Source: Eubacteriales bacterium
GTDB taxonomy: Bacteria; Bacillota; Clostridia; Oscillospirales; CAG-272
Assembly: GCA_045540755.1 (NCBI GenBank)
Contig: JAZQHV010000026.1
Span: forward strand, 2,179 to 66,178
Reading direction: 5' to 3'
DNA length: 64,000 nt
A program made the position numbers and the translations under genes. A model generated the notes under the pieces. The model saw only the letters and a program-made list of their open reading frames with translations, did no database searches and was not told the DNA's origin. Position 1 is the first letter of the stretch; the number at the start of each line of letters is the position of its first letter. Below, piece by piece: positions 19,564-29,451 of the stretch.

Positions 19564-20685
19564 ATGAAGGTCGTTGTATTCGTCCATCCCGACACCGATG
19601 CTTTCTGGACACAGGTCACCCTCAGCGGCATTGCCGATGAGATCGCGCGCAAGCGCTACACGGCGGAAATTCTGGACGTCAAAGAGGTGCGCGAAATCGA
19701 CTTTGACCGTGTGTTCGCAGGCGAAAAGAAACGTCTGCTCCTTTACATCGGCAACTCCGCGCTGCACCTGCCGCGAGACCTGCACCACCTTGCCGCAAAC
19801 GGCGTACATACCGTTCTCGCCAACCACGAGACCGACCTGCTTTCCGGTAACTGCTCCAAGGTGTTGCTCGACTACCGCGGCGGCATGCATAAGTCGATCT
19901 GCTACCTCACGGCAAATGGGCGGAGGCGCATCGCCTTCTTCGGCGTCAATCCCTCTTCCTCGACCGATCTGCTCAAAAAGAGCTTTTTCGCAGAGTATCT
20001 GCAAAAGCAGGGCGCAAGTGCCGAGCGGGACATCTACTTCAACCACGCTAACATTGAAAGCTGTATCGCGGCTTTCCTGCAAAATTACAAGCTATACAAC
20101 GCCGTCATCTGCGCCAACGACATCGTGGCGCTTGCGCTGATCCGTGCTTGCACCGAGCGGGGCGTGCGCGTGCCGGAAGATCTCTACGTTGCCTCCTGCG
20201 GCGGCTCTTCACTGATCACCGAAGCGGCAAAGATCCCCGTAACAAGCGTGTTCGCCGATCAGCACGAGGTCGGCAGACAGGCAGTGCTCGCCTATGCGAC
20301 GCTTTACAAGAATCACTGCGACGTCGCCCTCACCTTCCACGTCAAGGCAAAGCTGACCGTGCGCGCTTCCACCGCGTTCGCACCCGATCCCGGCGACATC
20401 TTTGACGATCCCGGCGACGCATCCATGCAACCGGATGTCAATTTTTACATAGATCCCGCAATCCGCAAACTGCTGACGGTAGAAACGTTGCTTCGCGAAT
20501 GCGACGAGCTGGATCGCGATATTCTGCACGGATTGCTCACGGGCGAGACCTACCCCTCGCTCGCCGCGCGGCTGTACACCTCTGAAAACGTGATCGCCTA
20601 CCGTGTAAAGCGTATGGGGCGCATCACAGGTACAAACGGCCGCGAGGAGCTGACCGCGCTGATCTCCCCCTATTTGCAAGTATAG
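19564..20685 (+). CDS. Regulator 1: LacI-type sensor domain plus C-terminal LuxR-type HTH
   Basis: YLTANGRRRIA, AVICANDIVA, GVRVPEDL, LTVRAST; C-term DRDILHGLLTGETYPSLAARLYTSENVIAYRVKRM. Confidence 0.8.
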   Translation: MKVVVFVHPDTDAFWTQVTLSGIADEIARKRYTAEILDVKEVREIDFDRVFAGEKKRLLLYIGNSALHLPRDLHHLAANGVHTVLANHETDLLSGNCSKVLLDYRGGMHKSICYLTANGRRRIAFFGVNPSSSTDLLKKSFFAEYLQKQGASAERDIYFNHANIESCIAAFLQNYKLYNAVICANDIVALALIRACTERGVRVPEDLYVASCGGSSLITEAAKIPVTSVFADQHEVGRQAVLAYATLYKNHCDVALTFHVKAKLTVRASTAFAPDPGDIFDDPGDASMQPDVNFYIDPAIRKLLTVETLLRECDELDRDILHGLLTGETYPSLAARLYTSENVIAYRVKRMGRITGTNGREELTALISPYLQV

Positions 20686-20703
20686 CCGAAAGGAGCGATT
20701 CTT

Positions 20704-21807
20704 TTGACGATCAAGATCTACATCCATCCCGAATTTAAGGATACCTTCTGGACACAGCTCACAATGAAGGCGACTGCCGCCGAGATCACGCGCAAGCGTT
20801 ATACGGCGGAGTACATCGAAGCGGAAAGTGTGACCGATATCGACTTTGACAGCCTGTATGCCGAGGGCGAGCGCCGTCTCCTCCTCTACATCGGGCACTC
20901 GGTCTCCGGCACGCCGCGCGACCTCAAATTCCTCACCGATAAGGGCATCCACGTGATCCTCATCAATTACGAGTCCTCGGTGCTGGCAGGCAACTGCTCC
21001 AAGGTGTTGCTCAACTACAGGGACGGTATGCAGAAGATCATCAGCTATTTCACGGCAAACGGTCACGACCGCATTGCCCTGTTCGGCATCAACCCCAATT
21101 CCTCCACCGATATGCTCAAGGATTCCTATTTTGTGGAATATCTGCGTGAGCGCGGCGGGAACCCCACGCGCGATATCTACTACAACTACGGCTCGATCAG
21201 CGGTTGCTTTGCGCGCTTTGCGGAAAACCGCAGTGACTACAACGCCGTCATCTGCGCCAACGACGTCGTCGCTCTTGCGCTGATGCGCTTTCTCAAGGAG
21301 GCGGGCGTCCGCGTGCCTGAGGACATCTACGTTGCCGCCTGTGGCGGCTCCTCGCTGATCAACACCACCATCACCAGCGTGTTTGCCGACCAGTATGAGC
21401 TCGGAAGACAGGCTGTGCTCACCTACGCGCATCTGTACAAAAATCCTTGCGCTGTGGCACTCTCGGTCAAGGTCGAAGCAAAGCTCACCGTGCGCGCCTC
21501 CACCAATTTCGATCCCGATCCGGGTGAGGATCTCGTCACCACGCTGAACAAGCAGGTGCCGAACGTAGATTTCTACGACGACCCCGTCATTCAGGAGATC
21601 TTCCGTCTTGAAGCGCTCTTTCTCGGCTGTGACGAACTGGACCGCGGCATCCTGGCAGGTATCTTGGCGGGTGAGACCTATCCCTGTATTGCCGAACGGC
21701 TGTATACCTCGGAAAACGTGATCTCCTACCGCATCAAAAAGATGTGTAACGTCACCGGCGCAGGCAAAAAGAGCGAGCTCATTGCCCTGCTCAAGCCGTA
21801 TATGTAA
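20704..21807 (+). CDS. Regulator 2, same architecture
   Basis: TTG start after GAAAGGAG; same sensor and HTH motifs. Confidence 0.8.
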   Translation: MTIKIYIHPEFKDTFWTQLTMKATAAEITRKRYTAEYIEAESVTDIDFDSLYAEGERRLLLYIGHSVSGTPRDLKFLTDKGIHVILINYESSVLAGNCSKVLLNYRDGMQKIISYFTANGHDRIALFGINPNSSTDMLKDSYFVEYLRERGGNPTRDIYYNYGSISGCFARFAENRSDYNAVICANDVVALALMRFLKEAGVRVPEDIYVAACGGSSLINTTITSVFADQYELGRQAVLTYAHLYKNPCAVALSVKVEAKLTVRASTNFDPDPGEDLVTTLNKQVPNVDFYDDPVIQEIFRLEALFLGCDELDRGILAGILAGETYPCIAERLYTSENVISYRIKKMCNVTGAGKKSELIALLKPYM

Positions 21808-21834
21808 AAAAGCGCCTTTAACGGCGCTTTTTTT
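21806..21834 (+). terminator. Intrinsic terminator
   Basis: AAAAAAGCGCC-TTTAAC-GGCGCTTTTTTT. Confidence 0.8.
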
Positions 21835-21844
21835 ACGCGAAAAA

Positions 21845-22085
21845 GAGAAGTTGCAGGAGAGTTGTTCCCCTTTGATCCCCTCATCCACCGTTAACACGGT
21901 CCCCCTTCCCCCGAGGGGGAAGGTAATACAGCGCACCAATAGCTTCCCCCCTCGGGGGAAGCTGTCACCGAAGGTGACTGATGAGGGGGTCAAAGACTTT
22001 CAACCTATTATTTATCGGTTGCATAGGTCGGGAGTAAACCCCCGCCCTACGGTTTGAACGCTTCGCCTTCAAACTATAATTTACC
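21845..22085. repeat. Two-site REP cassette B (degenerate GGAA left; two ATAG sites right)
   Basis: CCCTCATC/CTTCCCC-GGGGAAG doublet; sites AACCTATTATTTATC 22002-22016 and AAACTATAATTTACC 22071-22085 flank a CCCCGCCCTAC REP. Confidence 0.8.
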
Positions 22086-22143
22086 GTTTGCCTTATACAA
22101 AAATTTTCCAATATCATTTTACACAAAAATATCGCGAAAAACA

Positions 22144-22172
22144 TTTACACATGAAGCGTTTTGCGGTATAGT
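22144..22172 (+). promoter_or_regulatory. Putative sigma-A promoter of regulators 3-5
   Basis: TTTACA-17bp-TATAGT. Confidence 0.6.
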
Positions 22173-22201
22173 AAAGAAAAAGCAAAGAAGGAGGCGGCAG
22201 C

Positions 22202-23323
22202 GTGAAAGTCAAGATCTTCCTGCAATCGAATACCAAAAACGACTTCTGGATCCAACAAACGCAAAAAGCGCTTGCCGCAGAGATCCTGCGCAAACGGTAT
22301 ACCGCCGAATACATTGAGGCGCTCGATGTAAGTACGCTTGACCTCGACAGTCTCTTTGCCGCAGGTGAGCCGCGCGTGCTTCTCTACCTCGGCTACTCCA
22401 AGCTCGGCGCACCCAAAAATCTCACGCATCTTGTCGAGCGCGGTATCCATCCGATCCTCGTCAACAACGGACTTGCTAACTTTTCGGGCAGTTGTTCCCG
22501 TGTGTTCATCAACTATCGCGATGCCATCGAAAAAGCCATCGGCTACTACACGGAAAACGGGCGCAATCGCATCGCGCTCTACGGCATCAATCCCTCCTCA
22601 CCCACCGACAAGATCATGGAAAACTGCTTTGCCGACCACCTTGTCGCAAACGGTAAGGATCCTGCCCGTGACATCTACTACAACTATGCCTCCATCACGG
22701 CATGCTGTGCCGAATTTTTGCCGCACGCACGCGCATACAATGCCGTCATCTGCGCCAACAACATCGTCGCGGTGACGCTTCTCAGCAGTCTGCGCGCCGA
22801 GGGCATCCGTGTGCCGGAGGACATACAGCTCCTCTCTCTCGGCGTGTCTACTCTGCTTGCAGAGCAGGCGTCCGTGCCGATCACCACGGTCTCTGCCGAC
22901 CATGATTCCATCGCAAGGCAGGCGATCACCGCCTACACGCTTTTGCGAAAGTACAGCGGGGAGACAACGCTGACCATGCGCGTGGCTCCGCAGTTTCATA
23001 TCCGCGCCTCGACTGCATTTGCACCGTTGCCTGCTACCTTTTCCCCCGCGTTTCCCATCACCGAAAAAACGCCGTCGGTCAACTTTTACAAGGATCCCGT
23101 TGCCAAAGAGGTCTTTGCCGTGGAACAGCTTTTGCTTGGGTGCGATACGACCGATCTTGCGATTCTTACACGTCTGCGACAGGGCGTTTCCTACCCGAAG
23201 ATCGCCGACGAGCTCTTCACCTCGGTCAACACGGTCTCCTACCGTGTGAAACGGATGTGTCGCCTTGCAAAATGCGAGAGCAAAGAGGAGTTGATCGCAC
23301 GCATCTCCCTCTACCTGCAATAA
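22202..23323 (+). CDS. Regulator 3, same architecture
   Basis: GTG start after AAGGAGG; AVICANN, GIRVPEDI; GVSYPKIADELFTSVNTVSYRVKRM. Confidence 0.8.
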   Translation: MKVKIFLQSNTKNDFWIQQTQKALAAEILRKRYTAEYIEALDVSTLDLDSLFAAGEPRVLLYLGYSKLGAPKNLTHLVERGIHPILVNNGLANFSGSCSRVFINYRDAIEKAIGYYTENGRNRIALYGINPSSPTDKIMENCFADHLVANGKDPARDIYYNYASITACCAEFLPHARAYNAVICANNIVAVTLLSSLRAEGIRVPEDIQLLSLGVSTLLAEQASVPITTVSADHDSIARQAITAYTLLRKYSGETTLTMRVAPQFHIRASTAFAPLPATFSPAFPITEKTPSVNFYKDPVAKEVFAVEQLLLGCDTTDLAILTRLRQGVSYPKIADELFTSVNTVSYRVKRMCRLAKCESKEELIARISLYLQ

Positions 23324-23341
23324 AACGAAAGGAGCAGAATC

Positions 23342-24451
23342 TTGAACGTCCACATCTTTATCCACCCCAACGAACGCAATATGTTCTGGGCAAAGCGAAC
23401 GCAAAAAGCGATCGCCGCCGAGATCCTGCGCCGCCGTTTTACCGCCGATTATATCCATGCCGCCTCGGTGTGGGAGATCGACTTTGACAAGGTTTTTGCT
23501 AAAGATGAAAAGCGCGTGATCCTGTACATCGGCATCCAAACGCCGAACGAGATCGACTATCTGACCACGCACGGTGTGCACACCGTCCTTGTCAACAACG
23601 ATTTCGCCGACTACTCCGCCACGCACTCTCGCGTGCTCATCAATTACCGCAGTGCGCTCAACAAGGCCATGAGCTATCTACTTGCAAACGGGCGGGATCG
23701 CGTCGCGCTCTACGCAATCAATCTTGCCTCGGCGACCGACCGTATCATGGAAACGCGTTTTTCCGAGATCCTGCGTGCAAGCGGTGAGGAGCCCTCCCGC
23801 GACATCTACCACAACCGCACCTATATCAGCGAGTGCTACGCGCGTTTTGCGCCGCACCGCTCTGCCTACAATGCCGTGATCTGCGCAAACGATATTTCCG
23901 CCGTGGATCTGCGCCGCCGCCTTACCGCAGACGGCATCCGTGTCCCCGAGGATATGTTTATCCTTTCCTGCAGTCCTTCCTCTGTGCTTGTGGAACAAAA
24001 CGGCACCTCCATCACGACCATCTCCGCCTCCCGTGAGGAGATCGGCACACAAGCGATCTACATTTATTCCCTGTTGGCGCGCAATCCCACCGATATTACA
24101 CTTTCCGCGCACGTCGAACCCGTGCTCATCCCGCGCGCCTCGACCGCCTTTGCTCCCGAGCCGGAGAATCCGCTTCTGTTCGGCTATTATTCGCCGCACG
24201 TCGCGGCAAAATTCTACGAGGATCCCGTCACGCAGAGCTTTTTCAGTGTGGAAAACCTGCTCCTCCATCAGGATGACCTGGACCGCGCGATCATCGAGGG
24301 CTTGCTCGCAGGCGAAAGCTATTCGGCAATCGCCGAGCGCACCTACACGACCGCCAACATGATCACCTACCGCGTCAAAAGGATGTGTCGCCTGACAGGA
24401 TGCTCCGACCGTGCGGCATTGCTCACGCTTATCACGCCGTATCTGAAATAA
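23342..24451 (+). CDS. Regulator 4, same architecture
   Basis: TTG start after GAAAGGAG; AVICAND, GIRVPEDM; GESYSAIAERTYTTANMITYRVKRM. Confidence 0.8.
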   Translation: MNVHIFIHPNERNMFWAKRTQKAIAAEILRRRFTADYIHAASVWEIDFDKVFAKDEKRVILYIGIQTPNEIDYLTTHGVHTVLVNNDFADYSATHSRVLINYRSALNKAMSYLLANGRDRVALYAINLASATDRIMETRFSEILRASGEEPSRDIYHNRTYISECYARFAPHRSAYNAVICANDISAVDLRRRLTADGIRVPEDMFILSCSPSSVLVEQNGTSITTISASREEIGTQAIYIYSLLARNPTDITLSAHVEPVLIPRASTAFAPEPENPLLFGYYSPHVAAKFYEDPVTQSFFSVENLLLHQDDLDRAIIEGLLAGESYSAIAERTYTTANMITYRVKRMCRLTGCSDRAALLTLITPYLK

Positions 24452-24468
24452 CGAAAGGAGGTGCGCGC

Positions 24469-25587
24469 ATGCGGATCTTTATCTACGTACAGCCCGACGT
24501 CAAGGATACCTTTTGGACCAAGCAAACACAAAAGGCGATCGCGGCGGAGATCCTGCGCAAGCGCCACACCTCCGTATATCTGCACGGCGCGACCGCAAGC
24601 GAGATCGACCTTGACGCCGCTTACGCGGGCGAAGAAAAACGCATTCTTTTGTACGTCGGCACGTCGCTGAAAAAAACACCCGTTGACCTCGCCTTTCTCG
24701 CAGAGCACGGCGTACACATCATCCGCATACACAGCGGAAGCGACTCCTTCCCCGCCGACTGCTCCCGCGTTCTGCTCAACTATCACGATGCCATCGAAAA
24801 AGCCATCTGCTACCTTGTGGGAAACGGGCACGACCGCATTGCGCTTTTCGGTGTCAACCCCTATTCGCACACCGATATAGAGATGAAAAACCGTTTCTCG
24901 GCATATCTCCGTTCCAAGGGGGCATCCGCACAGCGCGATATCTACTACAGCCGCGCCTCGATCGCCGATTGCTACGCAAGCTTTTTCCCCTATTGTGCCG
25001 CGTACAACGCCGTCATCTGTGTCAACGACATGGCGGCGATCACGCTTTTGCACCGTCTGAAGGCAGACGGCGTGCGCGTACCCGAGGATCTCTATATCGT
25101 TTCCTGCGGACTCTCCTCGGTATTTGCCAATCACCCCTCCACCGCGATCACCTCGGTCTCTGCCGACCGTGACGCCATCAGCGCGCAGGCAGTCTTCGCC
25201 TACGCTACACTCCTGCGTGCCTCCGCCGACATCACGTTGAATCTGCGCGTAGCGGCAAAGCTGACCGTGCGTGCCTCCACCGACTTTGCCCCCATCCCTT
25301 GGGGGAAACGGTTTACGCCACACTCGTTTTCCCCCGTACCTATAGATTACTTCTCCGATCCCGCCGCCAAGCGGTTTTACAGCATTGAAAGTCTCCTGTC
25401 CTCCTGTGACGAGACCGATGCGGGCATCCTCGACGGTCTGCTCGTGGGTGAGAGCTACTCTGCCATCGCCGAGCGGCTGTTCACCTCGCGCAACATGGTC
25501 TCTTATCGCGTCAAGCGCATGTGCCGCCTGACCGAATCTGCCAACCGAGAGGATCTCGTCGCACTCCTTCGACCGTATCTGGAATAA
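24469..25587 (+). CDS. Regulator 5, same architecture
   Basis: ATG 24469 after GAAAGGAGG; AVICVND, GVRVPEDL; GESYSAIAERLFTSRNMVSYRVKRM. Confidence 0.8.
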   Translation: MRIFIYVQPDVKDTFWTKQTQKAIAAEILRKRHTSVYLHGATASEIDLDAAYAGEEKRILLYVGTSLKKTPVDLAFLAEHGVHIIRIHSGSDSFPADCSRVLLNYHDAIEKAICYLVGNGHDRIALFGVNPYSHTDIEMKNRFSAYLRSKGASAQRDIYYSRASIADCYASFFPYCAAYNAVICVNDMAAITLLHRLKADGVRVPEDLYIVSCGLSSVFANHPSTAITSVSADRDAISAQAVFAYATLLRASADITLNLRVAAKLTVRASTDFAPIPWGKRFTPHSFSPVPIDYFSDPAAKRFYSIESLLSSCDETDAGILDGLLVGESYSAIAERLFTSRNMVSYRVKRMCRLTESANREDLVALLRPYLE

Positions 25588-25613
25588 AAAAGCCGCCACC
25601 GGCGGCTTTTTTT
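25586..25613 (+). terminator. Intrinsic terminator
   Basis: AAAAAAGCCGCC-ACC-GGCGGCTTTTTTT. Confidence 0.8.
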
Positions 25614-25622
25614 GTTTGCAAA

Positions 25623-25852
25623 GTTAAATTAGTAGCGCTAAACCGTAGGGCGGGGGTTTATCTCCCGCCGTAAACGTAGCGCTAAATTATAGTTTGAAGT
25701 TGTTTGCGAAAAACCCCTCATCCGTCGCTAATGCGACACCTTCCCCCGAGGGGGAAGGTAATACAGCGCACCAATAGCTTCCCCCCGGGGGGAAGCTGTC
25801 ACCGAAGGTGACTGATGAGGGGGTCCAAGCCCCCTTCAACTTCCAATTTATT
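25623..25852. repeat. Two-site REP cassette C (ATAG, ATAG ... GGAA)
   Basis: Near reverse complement of cassette H without its 78-nt insert; GCTAAATTATAGTTT 25681-25695, AACTTCCAATTTATT 25838-25852. Confidence 0.85.
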
Positions 25853-25857
25853 GCGCG

Positions 25858-25885
25858 AAAAAGGAAGGCGAAAGCCTTCCTTTTT
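25858..25885 (-). terminator. Intrinsic terminator
   Basis: AAAAAGGAAGGC-GAAA-GCCTTCCTTTTT. Confidence 0.85.
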
Positions 25886-25892
25886 GCTTGTT

Positions 25893-27380
25893 CTATTCTT
25901 CGATCGACTGCATCATCTGGTTGATGAGGTCGATCATGCGTTCTGCGGAAACGCGATAGGTCTCGTACATCGAGGCAATGGGCGTGCGCGTGACGTAGAT
26001 CTGGGACATCTTCGAGTTGTAACTGCCGATCTTGTAGTATGCGCCAAGGTCAAAGACGTGCGTTGCATAGATGATATCCAGCATCTCGGCGCTTTCCTCA
26101 TCGCGGACGTATCTGCCGACCAGCGTCTGGTCGTAGAACGCAGGCGTGAGCAGGCGGAGTCCCTGATATGCCAGCTCCTCCAGCACAATGCCCGTGCGCT
26201 CGTAGTCCTTTGCCATCTTAGGTACGCAGACGAACTGCGAATGGAAGGCGCTGACCGCATGGCCAAAGCGCTCCTGATTTTCGTCCAGCTTGGGGTACGG
26301 CAGAATGCCGAAATCGGTCTCGCTGTCGCGGTGGCGCTCGACCGTTTCCACCAGCGTCATGTAGAACACCGCGCGATCCTCGTTGAAGATGGCATCGCGG
26401 TTGGGGTCCCACGTAGCAAGCAGGGTCGCTTTGCCCGTAACGTTGTCATATTGGTAGTTATAGGAATGTGCCTGGTCGAACACGAGGTCGAAATAGCGGT
26501 CATAGAGGTTGAGTACGCGCTCGTTGTAGAAGGTGAGGTGGATAAGTCCGTCCTCGCCGACCGAGGCAATGCGCTCACCCGAGCAGGCAAGGATCGCGGT
26601 GGTCGGGTCGTTCCATGTGAGGATGCCGTAACGGTCGTGCTCGTTATAGATGCCGTCCTGGTTGAGGTCCTCTCCCACGCTCTTGGCGATGCGCGCGTAG
26701 GACTCCATCGTCCACTCGTCGTCGCGGACGAGCTGATAAGGATCCTCAAGACCGTACTCCGCGATCATGTCCTTGTTGAAGAGGATCGCGTGGGTCATGA
26801 GGTTGTCCACGTGGCTGATGTCGCCCGTGGAATAGTACATTCTGCCGTTGACGGCGAGATCCGCGTTGGCGCGCTGATCCCAGTAGGGCTTCGTAAGATC
26901 GACGTAGGGCGTTTGGTTCAGGTCGTGCAGGTAGCCGCCGTAGGCAAGCGTTGCCACGTCGTACGGACCGATGGAGGCGGCGTCGTACAGACCTTCGCCC
27001 GCCATATAGTCGTTGTAGACGGTCTTAAAGCCCGTACCGCTTCCGTTGGTGGAGCCGAATTCGATGAGGTCTTCATCGACGATCTCCACGCCGTATTTTT
27101 CCTTCAGCAGTTCGTTGCGGCGGAAGATCGCCGTTTCCACTGCGGTGCCCTCCTCGCCCTCGGCGTGGAAGTCGTTGCGCTCGATGTTGGCGCTGACGAG
27201 GATGTTGAACGTGCCTGCGATGTCGACCGTTTCGGGATCGGGCAGGTCGGGGGAATACGCCTCGTCGGGAGATGCGGTCACGGGAGATGCAGGCGCCGTA
27301 GTCTCGGCGGGCGTGCCGCCGCACGCCGCAAGCGCAAGCAACATCAGCGCCGCAAGCAGAAGTGCAAGAAGTTTTTTCAT
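25893..27380 (-). CDS. Extracellular solute-binding lipoprotein, paralog 3
   Basis: Lipobox LAAC; FNKDMI, DLNQDG, DFGILPYPK, RDEESAEMLDII. Confidence 0.85.
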   Translation of the reverse strand: MKKLLALLLAALMLLALAACGGTPAETTAPASPVTASPDEAYSPDLPDPETVDIAGTFNILVSANIERNDFHAEGEEGTAVETAIFRRNELLKEKYGVEIVDEDLIEFGSTNGSGTGFKTVYNDYMAGEGLYDAASIGPYDVATLAYGGYLHDLNQTPYVDLTKPYWDQRANADLAVNGRMYYSTGDISHVDNLMTHAILFNKDMIAEYGLEDPYQLVRDDEWTMESYARIAKSVGEDLNQDGIYNEHDRYGILTWNDPTTAILACSGERIASVGEDGLIHLTFYNERVLNLYDRYFDLVFDQAHSYNYQYDNVTGKATLLATWDPNRDAIFNEDRAVFYMTLVETVERHRDSETDFGILPYPKLDENQERFGHAVSAFHSQFVCVPKMAKDYERTGIVLEELAYQGLRLLTPAFYDQTLVGRYVRDEESAEMLDIIYATHVFDLGAYYKIGSYNSKMSQIYVTRTPIASMYETYRVSAERMIDLINQMMQSIEE

Positions 27381-27400
27381 GATAGTCTCCTTTGTAGAGA

Positions 27401-27588
27401 GATAAATTGGAATTTGAAGGGGGAGTTAGTTTGGTAAAAAGGAATCCTCCACCCGCCAAAGGCGGGAGCCCCCTTTGACAAGGGAGCCTTGGTTTCATCG
27501 CATTTGAGCCTCCCTTGTTAAAGGGAGGGGGACCGTTTACGGTGGTGGGATTCTTCTTTCTCAAACAACTTTCAACCTATAATTTATC
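27401..27588. repeat. Two-site REP cassette D (GGAA ... ATAG)
   Basis: GATAAATTGGAATTT 27401-27415; CCCTTT..CAAGGGAG doublet; AACCTATAATTTATC 27574-27588. Confidence 0.85.
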
Positions 27589-27594
27589 GTTTGT

Positions 27595-29442
27595 TCAGTC
27601 GAGAATGACACTCGGCCAGCGGGAGGTGTCCACGCCGCCGACGCTTGTCATTGCATCTGCGGTGATGCCCTCGGCATCACGGTTGTACAGGATCGGCGAG
27701 ATGGAAAATGCGTTTCTGCCGAGCATGCCGACCGCACTGCGCGGCAGAGCGATCTCGTAGAGCACGCCTTCGTCGGTATCGCTGTTGTCACCGACCGTGC
27801 CATAGACCTTCACCGCCGCCTTGTCTGCGGCAAAGCTGCTCTTTTCAGTACCGCCCGTGACGTAAGAAACGGTCACGCCGCCGTCCATGTCCACGCGGAC
27901 GCGATAGAAACGGAAGGTATCCAGCGCAACGCAGATCTCGATCGCGTCGTCCGCCGTCAGGTAATTGTCAAGGCGGCTGACAAGGAAGTACAGATTTTCC
28001 GCATCGTGCGCGGTCTGTACCGTCATCTGCGCCTGCGTTTCGCTGCCGACAAAGTGTGCATCGGTGTTGGTACGCCACTCCATGCCGTCTCCGTCCACGG
28101 TGGCGGTCATTTTTTTCGCATTCGTGCGGTGATTGAGGTAAGAATGCTCCAGAATCAGCGCCGAAATATTGGTCACCTTATCCAGCCTTTGTGCGGCGGT
28201 GATGACCTCGTGCGTACCGACAAGCTCACAGCAGGTCCACATGCCTCTGCCCTCGGGCACGGTCACAAATTCAAAGGAGTCATACTCCTTGCCGTCGGGA
28301 CGGATCATGCGGCCGTAGAACAGCTTCTGACCGTCGTTATGGTAAGCGCAGTAGACCTCACCCGACGGGAAAGTGGCAAGGTACGGGCCTGCGCCCGTGA
28401 AATTCTCGCGGTAGTCGCTACCGTTTGTGGTCGCGCCGTCCTTAAGATCCTCCTCCCAGAGTCCGCCGTCGGCGCTGACCGTCATGCCGATCGTAAACTT
28501 GATGGGATCGAGGGTCTTGACCTCTGCCGCAAGGAGCGTTTTTCCATTATACAGGCGGGTCGCCGCAGGCATCTGCGCCGAGAACCACGGCAAAATGCCT
28601 GCCTCGGGCGCCTCGGTATGCGTTTTTCTGCCAACGTACTGGCTGAACGCGATAAAGGGCTGATAGTAGTTGGTGTCGCCCGCCTGTACGTTCGGCGTCC
28701 AGGTGTAGCCGCCGTCATCCGACCAGACAAGTCCGATCGCGCCCGCGCGGTGGTCGGCATCATAGCCGTACTTGCGCATGTAATAGGAGCCACTGGAGAA
28801 GTAGACCTCGATGCGGCCGTCGTCACGTTGCCAGATGAACGGCTCCCAGTTGCCGCCCGTATAGATACGGGTCGGCTCGCCCCACGTGATGGTGTTGTCG
28901 GCGGCGATGGTGCCGCGGCGCGTCCAGAGACCGCCGTGCTCGGGATACTGCACGCGCCCATCCGCGTTATTGAGGCGCAGATAGTACACGCAGAGGAGTT
29001 CTCCGTTGTCAAGCAGAGTCACGTCCACATTGACACCGCAGAACTTGTCCGTCTTGCCCGCAAGCGGGCCGTCGGGATAGGTAAATGCGTTTGCCACACT
29101 GTAATAGAGATATTCGGGCGCGCTCCAATGGATGCCGTCGGGCGAGGTACACCAGTAGAGATGCGTACCGATCTGCCCGTACATAAAGGTCATAAGGTAG
29201 AGGTCGTCCTTCAGCTTTTTCACGCGCGGGTAATACGCCATATCATAGCGCGTCTGCCCCGTAGAGGCGGACGAAAGGGTCAGCGACTCGCGGTAACTGC
29301 GCTCCAAAGAAGCGGTGGTGTAATCCTCGCCGACGTGGCTGTTTGTCACCGCCTCGGTGTTCAGCTCCTTGATCGTGGGGAGCTGCGCAAAAGCCGTGAG
29401 CGTGAGCAGTGCCGCAAAGAAAATGCAGAATAATTTCTTCAT
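27595..29442 (-). CDS. Secreted Asp-box (BNR) sialidase-like beta-propeller with C-terminal CBM9/DOMON-like domain, copy 1
   Basis: Signal peptide; YYPR, TSPDGIHW, WEP, SDDGGYTW; C-term TVDGDGMEW, AHDAENLYFLV, YEIALP. Confidence 0.7.
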   Translation of the reverse strand: MKKLFCIFFAALLTLTAFAQLPTIKELNTEAVTNSHVGEDYTTASLERSYRESLTLSSASTGQTRYDMAYYPRVKKLKDDLYLMTFMYGQIGTHLYWCTSPDGIHWSAPEYLYYSVANAFTYPDGPLAGKTDKFCGVNVDVTLLDNGELLCVYYLRLNNADGRVQYPEHGGLWTRRGTIAADNTITWGEPTRIYTGGNWEPFIWQRDDGRIEVYFSSGSYYMRKYGYDADHRAGAIGLVWSDDGGYTWTPNVQAGDTNYYQPFIAFSQYVGRKTHTEAPEAGILPWFSAQMPAATRLYNGKTLLAAEVKTLDPIKFTIGMTVSADGGLWEEDLKDGATTNGSDYRENFTGAGPYLATFPSGEVYCAYHNDGQKLFYGRMIRPDGKEYDSFEFVTVPEGRGMWTCCELVGTHEVITAAQRLDKVTNISALILEHSYLNHRTNAKKMTATVDGDGMEWRTNTDAHFVGSETQAQMTVQTAHDAENLYFLVSRLDNYLTADDAIEICVALDTFRFYRVRVDMDGGVTVSYVTGGTEKSSFAADKAAVKVYGTVGDNSDTDEGVLYEIALPRSAVGMLGRNAFSISPILYNRDAEGITADAMTSVGGVDTSRWPSVILD

Positions 29443-29451
29443 GGCGCCTCC

